From the NCBI GenBank assembly GCA_963740355.1, contig CAVUDW010000002.1, positions 1,088,001 through 1,152,000 of the forward strand: a stretch of 64,000 bases of DNA. The letters run 5' to 3'. The stretch is from an uncultured Gemmatimonadaceae bacterium. GTDB lineage: Bacteria; Gemmatimonadota; Gemmatimonadetes; Gemmatimonadales; Gemmatimonadaceae. The notes below the pieces were generated by a model. That model had not been told where the DNA came from. It ran no database searches and saw only the letters and a list, made by a program, of their open reading frames with translations. Positions 39,110-48,786 of this stretch are shown one piece after another (positions within the stretch are counted from its first letter, which is position 1; each line of letters starts with the position of its first letter). The position numbers and the translations under genes were made by a program.

Positions 39110-39939
39110 ACTCACATCCTGTGTTTCGCGATGGACTCCTTGATGGACAGGTCGGCATCGTGACCGGTGGGGCGACCGGCATCGGGCTTGGCATCAGCAC
39201 GACGCTCGCGCAGCTCGGGATGCATGTGGTGCTCGCCAGTCGGAAGCCAGAGAATCTGCAACCAGCGGTGGACGCCATCGTGGCGGCGGGCGGCAAGGCG
39301 TCATCCGTGGCGGTGGATGTGCGGGATCAGGCTCGGGTACAAGCGATGGCGAAGCAGGTGCATGACGAGCTCGGCCGTATCGACCTTCTCGTGAACAATG
39401 CGGCGGGAAATTTCTACAAGAAGTCGGAAGACCTGAGCGAGAATGCTTGGAAGTCGGTCATCGAGATCGACCTCTACGGGACGTTCTTCTGCACGCAGGC
39501 TGTCTTTCCTTATATGAAGGAGCAGGGTGGCGGTCGCGTGGTGAACACGTCGATGACGCTGCACTACCGCGGCTGGCCGTTGATGGCGCACGCGACTGCG
39601 GCGAAGGCCGGTGTCGACGCACTGACGAGGACGCTTGCTGTGGAGTGGGCGGAGCACGGCATTCGCATCAATGCCATCGCTCCGGGCCCGATTCCCACCG
39701 AAGGTGTGCGCAAGGCATTCACACCGCCGCCTGGTGCACCCGTGCCTGATTTCTTCAGCGTGGACAAGGCAATGGATGTGTTCGCTAAGAACACGATTCC
39801 ATTGAAGCGATGGGGTACGCCGGAGGATATCGGGCAGATGGTTGCATACCTCGCGAGCCCAGCCGGAGACTGGATCACGGGAGCCATCTTTGTGGTGGAC
39901 GGTGGAGAGTGGCTCGCTAAGTCAAAGCCCAGCATGTAG
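39106..39939 (+). CDS. SDR oxidoreductase, 2,4-dienoyl-CoA reductase-like
   Basis: TGGATGIG, NNAAGNF, HATAAKAGV, LAVEW, IAPGPI, VDGG. Confidence 0.9.
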   Translation: MNSHPVFRDGLLDGQVGIVTGGATGIGLGISTTLAQLGMHVVLASRKPENLQPAVDAIVAAGGKASSVAVDVRDQARVQAMAKQVHDELGRIDLLVNNAAGNFYKKSEDLSENAWKSVIEIDLYGTFFCTQAVFPYMKEQGGGRVVNTSMTLHYRGWPLMAHATAAKAGVDALTRTLAVEWAEHGIRINAIAPGPIPTEGVRKAFTPPPGAPVPDFFSVDKAMDVFAKNTIPLKRWGTPEDIGQMVAYLASPAGDWITGAIFVVDGGEWLAKSKPSM

Positions 39940-40029
39940 TTAAAAATCGTGGCACGAAACTCGCTAAGTAGAAAAGTGCGTGACGAGAGCCACCCTACTC
40001 GTCTTTACTTTCTTCAGGAGTTTCTTCAG

Positions 40030-40689
40030 ATGACCATCTCCTTTCGTTCGGGCTCGGTCCTGCGTGCATCAGCACTCGCGTTGACCGCCCTCTCGATGAC
40101 CGCTTGTGTGCGCAGCGGTACGTTCAAGCGCGAAATGACGGCCACCCGTGCCGAGATCTCGACCGAACGTACCGAGCGCCTCCGCGCCGACAGCATCCTT
40201 GGTGCCGACCTCGTCGGTCTCCGCACCGAGCTCAAGAAGGAACTCGCCGATCTCCGCACCGAATTCGATGCCAAGATCGTCGCTGCTGGCAACGGCATGA
40301 AGGTGATGTTGCCGGTCTCGTTCGCTTTCGATGACGCAATGATCAAGGACAGCGATCGTGCCGCCCTCGAGCGCTTCTCGCAGATCGCCAACAAGTACTA
40401 CCCGGGCGCCGTGATCACGGTCGAAGGCTTCGCTGATCCGTCGGGCACCCAGGCCTACAACCAGCGCCTGTCGCTGGCCCGTGCCGAGAACGTGAAGCGT
40501 GAGCTCGCGACGAAGGGCATGGACGCTTCCCTGATCCGCACGATGGGCTTCGGCTCGCTGCGTCAGGTTGTGCCGGGCGCACAGAAGGACGAGCCGGGCG
40601 CCGATCGGAACCGCCGCGTCGTGTTCGTGATTGAATCGGCAGATGCAAAGGCGACGGAAGCCGCCAGCGTCTCCACGAACAACCAGTAA
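40030..40689 (+). CDS. OmpA-family peptidoglycan-binding lipoprotein
   Basis: Lipobox MTAC; coiled coil; FAFDDA, EGFAD, YNQRLSLARA, NRRV. Confidence 0.92.
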   Translation: MTISFRSGSVLRASALALTALSMTACVRSGTFKREMTATRAEISTERTERLRADSILGADLVGLRTELKKELADLRTEFDAKIVAAGNGMKVMLPVSFAFDDAMIKDSDRAALERFSQIANKYYPGAVITVEGFADPSGTQAYNQRLSLARAENVKRELATKGMDASLIRTMGFGSLRQVVPGAQKDEPGADRNRRVVFVIESADAKATEAASVSTNNQ

Positions 40690-40756
40690 TACCGAACCCG
40701 AGAGGCTGTGGAGGCTGTCGCGACGCGGCGTCAGTTTCCTCGGACCTCGGAATTGC

Positions 40757-40790
40757 CAGAAGGCCGACGCGAAGCTGCGTCGGCCTTCTG
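40757..40790. terminator. 14-bp hairpin after the OmpA-family gene
   Basis: cagaaggccgacgc-gaagct-gcgtcggccttctg. Confidence 0.55.
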
Positions 40791-41115
40791 ACGTATCAGA
40801 CGTCGATTCATGCAGCACGCGTGAACGACCGACACCAGACACGGCGGGGCTGCCACCAGGGAGCGCCGCCGTTGTCGCTGATGGACTCGCCCCGGTAGGT
40901 GTTCGCCATGCGCAGGTCGGGGCGACGCGCGCTGGATCGAAGGCCACCGTGCCCCGCTAGGCATGCGTCGCGCCGGACTCGACAGGACGGTGCACTTCTC
41001 GCATCGTTCCAGTGTACATCTTGCTTGTAGGCAGAGCGATCATCCGCTGTGTTGCGTCGGGAGATTCAATCGTCTCCCGCATGGATCGCCGTCGTCATTT
41101 TTCCGGGGCTGCACC

Positions 41116-43314
41116 GTGTCGGTTTTCGTTCCTGCTCGCCGTGCCCAACTCGTCCGTGCCGTCGTGCTTGGCGCTGGGCTCGTTGCGCTCACGGTTGTCG
41201 GGATCCGACTCACGGATCGCGCCGATGCTCGGCGCGCGGTGCGACTGGCGTTGGCCGACGGTCAGCACTTCGATGACTCACTGACCACGGCTGTGCGCGC
41301 GACGCCTTCGGCGCGCGTGTCGTTCCCCAGTGCGATCGCCCTCGGTTACTTCGCTCGCGCGCAGGTCGGGCTGGGCAGCCCATTCCGCCTCGTCGATCTC
41401 GCGCGCACGGATCCGCGACTGCCGATCGCGTGGCGGCCTCGCGTGGCCAACGCCATTCTCTCGCGACTGTCACGTGATACCGCGGTCATGCGGCCGTTGT
41501 CGAACGCGCTGGATTTCGCGATGACGAATGACAGTGGCGTGGGGCGCGCGTTGCTGCACCTCGTTGACAGTGTGATGGCGCTCGAGGGTGATTCACCGCT
41601 CGCCCTCGACGCGATTCGCATCGCCGCTGCGCAAGCAAGCGCGCGCGGCCGCCTGCGTACTGGCGCAGTCCCGCTGATCGACGCGGCGGCACTGCTGGCA
41701 TTCGATCGCATCCGTGCAACGCGTGATGCGGAGCGTGCCATCACCGCTGCGTCACGCGGAGATGGTGACGTATTGCAGGTCGTGGCGCTATGGCGCACTG
41801 AACGTCGGTTCTCGGTGGAACGACCATTGATGGCGGAGGTGGCGCCGTCGCCGCGCCGGATTGCGGCGCGCGTTCCGCCGATGCTGGCTGCGATTGAAAC
41901 CGCCCTTCGCACGCGCGACTCTGTCGGGCACGGAGGCGAGTTGGTGTCGCCGTTGCCAGCCAATGCCGCAACCGCGATGGGCATGCTGATCAGCGTTCGG
42001 ACGCGCCCGGTGCAGCCACAGGTGCGCCTTGGTGTGTTCGATGCACGAATGGTGGCTGTCGATCGTGATGCGGCTGCGGCGCCGCGTGCCACGCGGATGC
42101 TGATGAGTGCGACCAACGAAGAAACGTTGGTGATGACGCTGGCCTCTTCGTGGAAGGATTCCGCGCTGGCGCCGATGGCCGCATCGGCCACGTTGCTGGC
42201 GTCGCAGGGCATGCGGACACTGGCACAGGAAGCAGCCTACCATCCAGGCCTGCTCGCACCGCGGGCTGACCAGGTTGCAACGCGACTCGGCCTCGCATCG
42301 CTGACGTTCGGTCGCGATGTGCCTGCGCCGTGGCAGGCCTACTATGCGCGTGAGTTTGCATCGGCTGTCGACGCGATGCGATCGGTGTTTCCGCGCGCGA
42401 GTTTCGTGGGGCTGAACGTTCGCATCGGCGACAGTGTGCAACATGGTGCGCTCGCCATGCACGACCCTCGGTCACGGACGCTGACGTTGCCGCTGGCGAC
42501 AGGTTTTGGTGCGGTGGGCCACGAGCTGATGCACGATCTCGACTGGCAGTCGGCTCGAGACGTCGCTCGTCGGGAAGGCACCTATGCCACCGACAACGCG
42601 TGGCGTGGCGCGCGGAACGAGCCGATTGCAGCGCCACTGGCACGCCTGGCGGAATTTGTCCCGGTCGGCGCGACGGCCAGTGCATACGTCACCGAGGCGC
42701 GTCGGCCGGCCGAATTGCTGGCGCGTGGCGCGGATTGGTTCCTCGCCACCGCGCTGGCGCGACAGGGCCGCATGAACGGTGCGCTGACCGCGGTGCAGGA
42801 CGGCTGGGTGCGTGGGTATGCCTCCGCCGCTGGACCAGCGGCATTCGGTGATCACGCCGCGGCGCTGTCTGCGCTCTTCGATGAGATGCCGACTCTCGCC
42901 GTGCGGGCGAACGTGGCACCGCGCAGCGACGCCGAGCGGGAGCCGGATCTGGGGACGATCGCGCGCGCGGCGTGGTTCATGCCATTGCCGACGGCCGATT
43001 CGCTGGAAGCGAGCAGTGCTCCACTCCGCCTGCCCGCGAGTGACGCAGGCGCCATCTGTTCACCTGTGGCCCGGCTTCGCCTCGCCCCCATGCACGCGAC
43101 AGCCCGAGCCATCGCTGCGGGCTTCGTCGAACCGAAGGTGATGCGCGGTATGCGCCGCTGGGCCCACTCGGTGGATGCCAGCACGCTCCAGCCGGATGCG
43201 GCGATGCTTCGGCTGGCCTTGCTGGGCGGTCCGGTGAATCCGGCGGTCGTCGACTCCGCCAAGGCCGTCTGGGCCGCCTCTGCGTGGCGCTTGCTCCCCT
43301 GCCTGGCCGCCTGA
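41116..43314 (+). CDS. Large hypothetical exported or membrane-anchored protein with a C-terminal zincin motif
   Basis: N-terminal TM helix; GHELMHDLDW and downstream PAELLAR; start uncertain (GTG 41116). Confidence 0.75.
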   Translation: MSVFVPARRAQLVRAVVLGAGLVALTVVGIRLTDRADARRAVRLALADGQHFDDSLTTAVRATPSARVSFPSAIALGYFARAQVGLGSPFRLVDLARTDPRLPIAWRPRVANAILSRLSRDTAVMRPLSNALDFAMTNDSGVGRALLHLVDSVMALEGDSPLALDAIRIAAAQASARGRLRTGAVPLIDAAALLAFDRIRATRDAERAITAASRGDGDVLQVVALWRTERRFSVERPLMAEVAPSPRRIAARVPPMLAAIETALRTRDSVGHGGELVSPLPANAATAMGMLISVRTRPVQPQVRLGVFDARMVAVDRDAAAAPRATRMLMSATNEETLVMTLASSWKDSALAPMAASATLLASQGMRTLAQEAAYHPGLLAPRADQVATRLGLASLTFGRDVPAPWQAYYAREFASAVDAMRSVFPRASFVGLNVRIGDSVQHGALAMHDPRSRTLTLPLATGFGAVGHELMHDLDWQSARDVARREGTYATDNAWRGARNEPIAAPLARLAEFVPVGATASAYVTEARRPAELLARGADWFLATALARQGRMNGALTAVQDGWVRGYASAAGPAAFGDHAAALSALFDEMPTLAVRANVAPRSDAEREPDLGTIARAAWFMPLPTADSLEASSAPLRLPASDAGAICSPVARLRLAPMHATARAIAAGFVEPKVMRGMRRWAHSVDASTLQPDAAMLRLALLGGPVNPAVVDSAKAVWAASAWRLLPCLAA

Positions 43315-43373
43315 GCGCGGGTTTAGACGGATCAGGGGCGACGGGATTGGAGCAGCTCCCTTAGTTTCATCCG

Positions 43374-44591
43374 ATGCCACGGCTCCTGCTGGTCTCGCTC
43401 GCGACAATTCTGACCCTGATTCCCGTCACGCTGCTGGTGCCGGGCCTGAAGGAGCTGGTGCAAGTCGCGCACGGAGGGAGCTCGACCGCAGCGCACGCGT
43501 TCATGACCGTGAACATGTTGAGCGGCATCATTGCGGTGCCCCTCGTCATGCGGCTGCAGCGACGGTTCGGATCCGTCAGCGCGTGGGTGGCGACGCTGCT
43601 GGCGCTCGATGCCATCGTCTTTCTTGGGATGCGGGCTGCTCCGTCCCTATCGGCGCTGCTCACCCTGCGCGTGATCGACGGGGCGTTGCACCTGCCGGCC
43701 ATAACGCTGCTGATGGTGGCTGCCAATCGCCTTGCGGGTCCACGTCGTGGTGGGTCGCTGGGCCTGCTTGGCTCGAGCCTGATGATCGGTGTCGCGATCG
43801 GCTCGCCGCTCGGCGGTCGACTCATCGACAAGTCGCCGCCGTTGGTGTACCTGGTCGGCGCCGGGATCTTCGTGGTGGCGGCGCTGATCGCGCTGGGTAT
43901 CGGGCTGCCGCGCGAGGAGCAGACACGCACTGCGAGTCGCCGCTACGAATGGAACACGCAGATCCAGCTGGCGTGGGTGCCGCTGACGTACGCGTTCATG
44001 GATCGATTCGTGATCGGCGTATTCGTCAGCACCTTCACGCTCTTCCTTGGTGATGTGCACCACGCATCCGGGACGCAGCGTGGCTTGCTGATGGCGCTCT
44101 TCCTGGTGCCATTTGCGCTGCTTTGCTGGCCGGCAGGGAAGTTGGCCGATCGCATCGGATGGTATCGCCCGCTGGTGATCAGCAACGTGTTGTTCGGTGC
44201 GGTTTTCGCGATGTATGGTCGGGTGCCGTTTTCGTGGCTACCGGTCTTGATGGTGCTGAGCGGCGTGTTGAGCGCGCTGATGTTCGCGCCGAACCTGTTG
44301 TTGACGAGCGAGGTTGCGCAGCGCGCTGGCGATGGCGTATTCGGCGCGTTCCAGATTGCTGGATCGGTCGGGTTTCTGGTTGGCCCTGCGCTGGGTGGCG
44401 TGCTGGTGTCGGTGCTGCGCGATGACGCCGGCGCGGTCGAGTATGACCAGATTTTCCTCTTGGTCGGCGCACTCGAAGGTGTGCTGGCCTTGGCGAGCGC
44501 GGTGGCGCTTGGTCGCTTGCTGCGCCGCCGCGAACTGCTCGGGCGCGCTGTACCAGATTCGGCGACGCTGCAGGCGACCGTTTCGCGCTGA
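43374..44591 (+). CDS. MFS transporter
   Basis: About 12 hydrophobic helices; GKLADRIG motif A. Confidence 0.92.
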   Translation: MPRLLLVSLATILTLIPVTLLVPGLKELVQVAHGGSSTAAHAFMTVNMLSGIIAVPLVMRLQRRFGSVSAWVATLLALDAIVFLGMRAAPSLSALLTLRVIDGALHLPAITLLMVAANRLAGPRRGGSLGLLGSSLMIGVAIGSPLGGRLIDKSPPLVYLVGAGIFVVAALIALGIGLPREEQTRTASRRYEWNTQIQLAWVPLTYAFMDRFVIGVFVSTFTLFLGDVHHASGTQRGLLMALFLVPFALLCWPAGKLADRIGWYRPLVISNVLFGAVFAMYGRVPFSWLPVLMVLSGVLSALMFAPNLLLTSEVAQRAGDGVFGAFQIAGSVGFLVGPALGGVLVSVLRDDAGAVEYDQIFLLVGALEGVLALASAVALGRLLRRRELLGRAVPDSATLQATVSR

Positions 44592-44651
44592 CCCTATCGG
44601 CGGCACCGGTGCCGTCGGTCCTGTCGCTGTCGCGTTGTGATTCAGTCGAGC

Positions 44652-44691
44652 AAAAGCAAAGCGCCCCGCGAGTTCAACTCGCGGGGCGCTT
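44652..44691 (-). terminator. Terminator between the convergent MFS and repeat-lipoprotein genes
   Basis: aagcgccccgcgagtt-c-aactcgcggggcgctt with a U-rich tail on the minus strand. Confidence 0.75.
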
Positions 44692-44711
44692 CGGTTACTG
44701 CCGAGCCGCGA

Positions 44712-45011
44712 TTACGGCTTGACCTTCTTGGCGGCGGAGTCGACGGCCTTCTTGGCGCTGTCGGCCATCGCGCCCATTGCGCCCTTGGCGCTATCGGCCA
44801 TGGCACCCATCGCGCCCTTGGCGCTATCGGCCATCGCGCCCATCGCGCCCTTGGCGCTGTCGGCCATGGCACCCATCGCGCCCTTGGCGCTATCCATCGA
44901 CGCTGCAGCAGCAGCAGCGGTGGAATCGACAGCCGTCTTCTTCTCGCCGCCGCATGCGGTGAGAGCGACCATCGCGATCAGAGCGGTGAAAACAAGAGCA
45001 GAGCGACGCAT
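44712..45011 (-). CDS. Small lipoprotein with 11-aa repeats (MADSAKGAMGA-type)
   Basis: MRRSALVF...ALTAC lipobox; repeats with synonymous-position variation. Confidence 0.88.
   Translation of the reverse strand: MRRSALVFTALIAMVALTACGGEKKTAVDSTAAAAAASMDSAKGAMGAMADSAKGAMGAMADSAKGAMGAMADSAKGAMGAMADSAKKAVDSAAKKVKP
44751..44897. repeat. 33-bp coding tandem repeat, about 4.4 copies
   Basis: Units start at 44751, 44784, 44817, 44850, 44883. Confidence 0.92.
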
Positions 45012-45289
45012 GAGTGAAATCCGGGCAGGGGTTTGATGACAGAAATAGACGACCTCTGAAAATACACACACCGCACCTATCGCGCTACGGAAAATTGGTT
45101 CCCGGGCTCAAATGAAAGGCCAGTATCATCCCAATTCGGGGGCAAGGTCGGGGTCGGCTTGGGAATTTTTCACTGCGAGCTCATGCGTAGAGCGCCATCT
45201 CACCGACGTCTGGCGTCGTGCCAGATGCCGCGTGCTGCGGACCATGTGCCGGGTTCGACGCTGGCGACGACGAAGCGAACGCGGCTTGA

Positions 45290-46498
45290 TCACGACGGTG
45301 TCGCAGTCACCGCGAGCAGGAAACGCTCACAGAGGTAGCGCGCCAGTTGTCCGCCTGGGCCATTCGGGATGACGTCGAACGCGTGCTCCGATTGCGGCAA
45401 TTCGACGTGTACGACCTTGGTACCCGTGATGCGGAGTTGCCGGGCCAGCTGTGTCCCGAATCGTGCCTCGACGATGTGATCACGACCACCATAAAGCAGC
45501 AGCGTCGGTGGCAGTGTGCGTGTGGCGAGTGTGATTGGGGAAGCGGCACGATAGCGAGCAATCATGTCGTCTGGCGTTCCACCAAGAAATGCCTCTTCGA
45601 CCGAACGCACGGCGAGCGGATCGGGGACAGGTGGGTGCCTGTATCCTTCGATGAGGTCGACGGGACCGTAGAAGTTGATCACACCGCGGATGCGCGGCGC
45701 GTTTTCCGCGTAGGCCGCGAGCATGGCCAGATGTGCACCGGCCGAACGTCCGACGAGCACCATGCGCGAGGTATCAGCGTCAAACGACGCAGCGTTCGCA
45801 CCGATCCATGCGAGATCGCGTTGGATGTCCTCGATCTGTGCCGGAAATCGGAACCGCGGCGCGTGGCGATAGTCGATCGCGAAGACGACGAATCCCATCC
45901 CTGCGACATGGGTGGCGAACTCGGTGAAGTCATCGGGTGTGCCGCGTTGCCAGGCCCCGCCGTAGATCTGCACGAGCACCGGATGCGTGCCGGGGGTCAG
46001 CGGCTGATAGATGTCAGTCGTCAGCGCAACGCCTTCTATGGTCGCCACCGTGACGCCGCGCGTGATGCGCACCGGTGTGGCGATTGGTGGCATTCCGCGA
46101 AGCAGGTCGAGGGCCACGAGCGGCTTGGGGCGCAGTGCGGCGCGCAACGCCGTCGGCGTGCGATCGAGATACCGCGTGCCAAAGGCGGCACTCATCTGCT
46201 CGTCGGCGTTCGCTGCGACGCCCTGCAGCCGAAAGAACGGGACGGTCGAGAGTGCGATGATGGTGACCGAAAGCCAGCTGGCGATGCGTGACGCGCGTCG
46301 TGTGCGGACGTCGAGCAGGGCGAGGGCGAGCACGAACAGCGCATGCAGGCCAAGCCAGGCGCTGACCTCCGGTGCACCGACGCCGAGCGGCAGCAGCGCG
46401 ACCGACGGTGTGGGGAGAACGATGAACAGCGCCGGGACGAATGCCACCGCGGCGAACACCAGTGCCAGCCAGGATCGGAACATGGGAAGGCGCGACAT
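45290..46498 (-). CDS. Membrane-anchored alpha/beta hydrolase (HSL/esterase-like)
   Basis: N-terminal TM helices; YGGAW, IDYRHAP, GRSAGAHL, D...HAFD triad. Confidence 0.9.
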   Translation of the reverse strand: MSRLPMFRSWLALVFAAVAFVPALFIVLPTPSVALLPLGVGAPEVSAWLGLHALFVLALALLDVRTRRASRIASWLSVTIIALSTVPFFRLQGVAANADEQMSAAFGTRYLDRTPTALRAALRPKPLVALDLLRGMPPIATPVRITRGVTVATIEGVALTTDIYQPLTPGTHPVLVQIYGGAWQRGTPDDFTEFATHVAGMGFVVFAIDYRHAPRFRFPAQIEDIQRDLAWIGANAASFDADTSRMVLVGRSAGAHLAMLAAYAENAPRIRGVINFYGPVDLIEGYRHPPVPDPLAVRSVEEAFLGGTPDDMIARYRAASPITLATRTLPPTLLLYGGRDHIVEARFGTQLARQLRITGTKVVHVELPQSEHAFDVIPNGPGGQLARYLCERFLLAVTATPS

Positions 46499-46588
46499 GT
46501 TGCCGGGAAACGAGGCGGGCGGTGGCGCGCGAGGTGGATCGGCCGGCGCGCTGGTGAAGCTGTGCCCCGGATGCGTGGGGCGAAGTAG

Positions 46589-46661
46589 TGTCCCGAGTGG
46601 GAATCGAACCCACGACCTACGGATTAAAAGTCCGCTGCTCTACCAGCTGAGCTATCGGGAC
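46589..46661 (-). tRNA. tRNA-Lys(UUU); CCA not encoded
   Basis: GTCCCGATAGCTCAGCTGGTAGAGCAGCGGACTTTTAATCCGTAGGTCGTGGGTTCGATTCCCACTCGGGACA; cloverleaf with anticodon TTT. Confidence 0.98.
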
Positions 46662-46740
46662 GGCATGACGTCCATCAGCGTACAATCTAGCCGGATCGGC
46701 CACGCTGCGCCGCCTTCGGGACCAGCCACGATGGGTCGAG

Positions 46741-47553
46741 CTACGACCAGCTCGCCCATCCGGTCACGCGGTACTGCGCCCAGGCCAATGCCTCGTAGGT
46801 GAGGCGTTGCATGACCACGAGCCGGTCGCTGGCGGTTCGCGCTGGCCAGCCTGCGGTGCGCCACGGCGCCGCGACACAGGTGACGGCGAGGCCCAACGCC
46901 TCCACCGTCGCGCACGCACGTCGGGTGTGCATCGGCGACGTGACCACGGCCACCCGTTTCCAGCGCGCCAGGAAGGCACGGCGAGTGAGTCGCACGGCCT
47001 CGTCACGCGTGGAGTGCACGGAGTCGATCATCTCCAGTGGGCCCGACGCGGCCACCATGCCGATCAGCGCCTTCTGGTCATTGGTGGACGAAATGCCGGT
47101 GTCATCGGGATTGGAGCGCACGATGCTCACGATCAGCGGCAGCGCGGGCTTCCTGGCGCGCAGCGTGATGCCCGTCAGGAGACGGTCAATGCCTTCGCCC
47201 TTGACCAACCCGTGCGTGTTGACGGCATTCGAGAAGACGAACACCGCATCGACGGCATCGAGGTTCACGGCATCGTTTCGCACGAACGGTTTCGCCAACT
47301 GCGGCACGATGGGAGACCAGATGCCGATCGCCGCGACCACCATCAAGGTCAGCGCCAGGATTCCCATCCAGCGAAGAAACCACCGCCCGAGGAGCGCACC
47401 GACGACGATTGCAAACGGGATCGCGAGCGGTCGCTCAAAACTGAGCGCGCTGGCGACGCCAAGGATCCAGAGGGTCGCGAGCAACAACAGCCCGAGCACG
47501 GCGCCGTGCAGCGGCGCTTGCAGGAATTCCTTCGTTCTTGCGACGGATAACAT
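46741..47553 (-). CDS. YdcF/ElyC (DUF218) family membrane protein
   Basis: Three TM helices; STRDEA, VVTSPMHTRRA, YEALAW. Confidence 0.88.
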   Translation of the reverse strand: MLSVARTKEFLQAPLHGAVLGLLLLATLWILGVASALSFERPLAIPFAIVVGALLGRWFLRWMGILALTLMVVAAIGIWSPIVPQLAKPFVRNDAVNLDAVDAVFVFSNAVNTHGLVKGEGIDRLLTGITLRARKPALPLIVSIVRSNPDDTGISSTNDQKALIGMVAASGPLEMIDSVHSTRDEAVRLTRRAFLARWKRVAVVTSPMHTRRACATVEALGLAVTCVAAPWRTAGWPARTASDRLVVMQRLTYEALAWAQYRVTGWASWS

Positions 47554-47575
47554 GCGGCCAATCTACCACCGCGGG

Positions 47576-48718
47576 TCAGTCACCAGGCAGCATCACCCAG
47601 AGCGAGGGGCGTCCGACGTTGCAGTGCACGGCACGCGAAAGCCCACTCAGCCCAGCCCAGCCGAGATAGAGCATCATACGCGTCGCGTGCCACGCGCCAC
47701 CCGCATGCGCAGGACTGCCGGCTGGCAGCTCCAGCGCGCGCAACCGACTTCCGCGCGACGGCACCGGATGAAACACCGCCTCCACACTCGGCGCGCGTTC
47801 TGCTTCATCGTCCTGCCACGCATCGAGCGTCGTGATGGTCGACGTGACGATCGGCTGTTCGTGCGAGGCCAGTGCCCATGCATCCGCCGCCAGAACCGCT
47901 GGCCGCGATAGCGTCGGCAACACCAACACACCGATGAATGACCAGAGTGTGAACCAGGCGACCGTACTCACGAAGCCGGCGGCGGTGACGAGGTCGGCGC
48001 GGGGCGCAGATGCGGCCAGCGCAAAGCCAACCGTGTTCCACGCCACCGCCACCAGTACGCCGCGCCGGCGAAGCCCCAACGCACGCACACCGGCGCGACG
48101 TGACACTGCGACCGCGAGTTGCGCTGCAGAGAGTTGATCGACCCAACGCTTCGGCACCCACAGTCGCTTGGCATCGAGGCCTGACCAGCCGCCAACGAAT
48201 GAGGGATCGTCGCTGTCCATCTCGCGCACGAGGTCCGGCGAGATGCCCGCGTCGTGCGCTGCCAGCTTGAGCGCCTCCGATGGAGTGCCCATGCGTATGC
48301 CACCGACCAGCCACGCGAACAATCCTTGACGGCTCAGAAGGACCACCTGCAGCAGCAGGAACACCAGCAGCGCCTTCGTCGTGCCGAACTGCTGCGCGGT
48401 GCGGAGCAGCAGTGCCGCGGTCAATCCGTACCAGATCCACTGCACGGTGATGCCGCGCAGCCACGACGCGATCCATCGCAGTACACCTGGCGACTCACGC
48501 ACCACGAGCAGCCCGCCGGCGACATCCACCGGAAGCAACAGCGCCGCGTGGAGCATCCATGTCAGCGCGATTGCCGCCAGCGCGGTGACGTACGTCTGGT
48601 CGGCGTACGGCGGGATGAGCCGATGCGGCAGGTCGAAGGTCACGGCGGCGAGGCAGAGCAGCACGGTCATGCCCACACCGGTGATGCCGAGCCAGAGCCG
48701 CTTGCGAGCGTACGTCAT
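47576..48718 (-). CDS. Hypothetical membrane protein, degenerate M48/Ste24-like
   Basis: Multi-TM; SRPAVLAAD and FHPVPS..SRL resemble M48 motifs; HExxH absent. Confidence 0.75.
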   Translation of the reverse strand: MTYARKRLWLGITGVGMTVLLCLAAVTFDLPHRLIPPYADQTYVTALAAIALTWMLHAALLLPVDVAGGLLVVRESPGVLRWIASWLRGITVQWIWYGLTAALLLRTAQQFGTTKALLVFLLLQVVLLSRQGLFAWLVGGIRMGTPSEALKLAAHDAGISPDLVREMDSDDPSFVGGWSGLDAKRLWVPKRWVDQLSAAQLAVAVSRRAGVRALGLRRRGVLVAVAWNTVGFALAASAPRADLVTAAGFVSTVAWFTLWSFIGVLVLPTLSRPAVLAADAWALASHEQPIVTSTITTLDAWQDDEAERAPSVEAVFHPVPSRGSRLRALELPAGSPAHAGGAWHATRMMLYLGWAGLSGLSRAVHCNVGRPSLWVMLPGD

Positions 48719-48786
48719 GTGCGAATGATGAGAGCGTAGTGTGTGCGATCGCGGTGCGTTCGAGGCCCCGCGGCATCAGTGACAGC

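Noticed and set aside
39420..40020. Local GC dip (also near 57400-57720) as horizontal transfer
   Set aside because: Short, lies within housekeeping genes next to promoter regions, and has no mobility signatures
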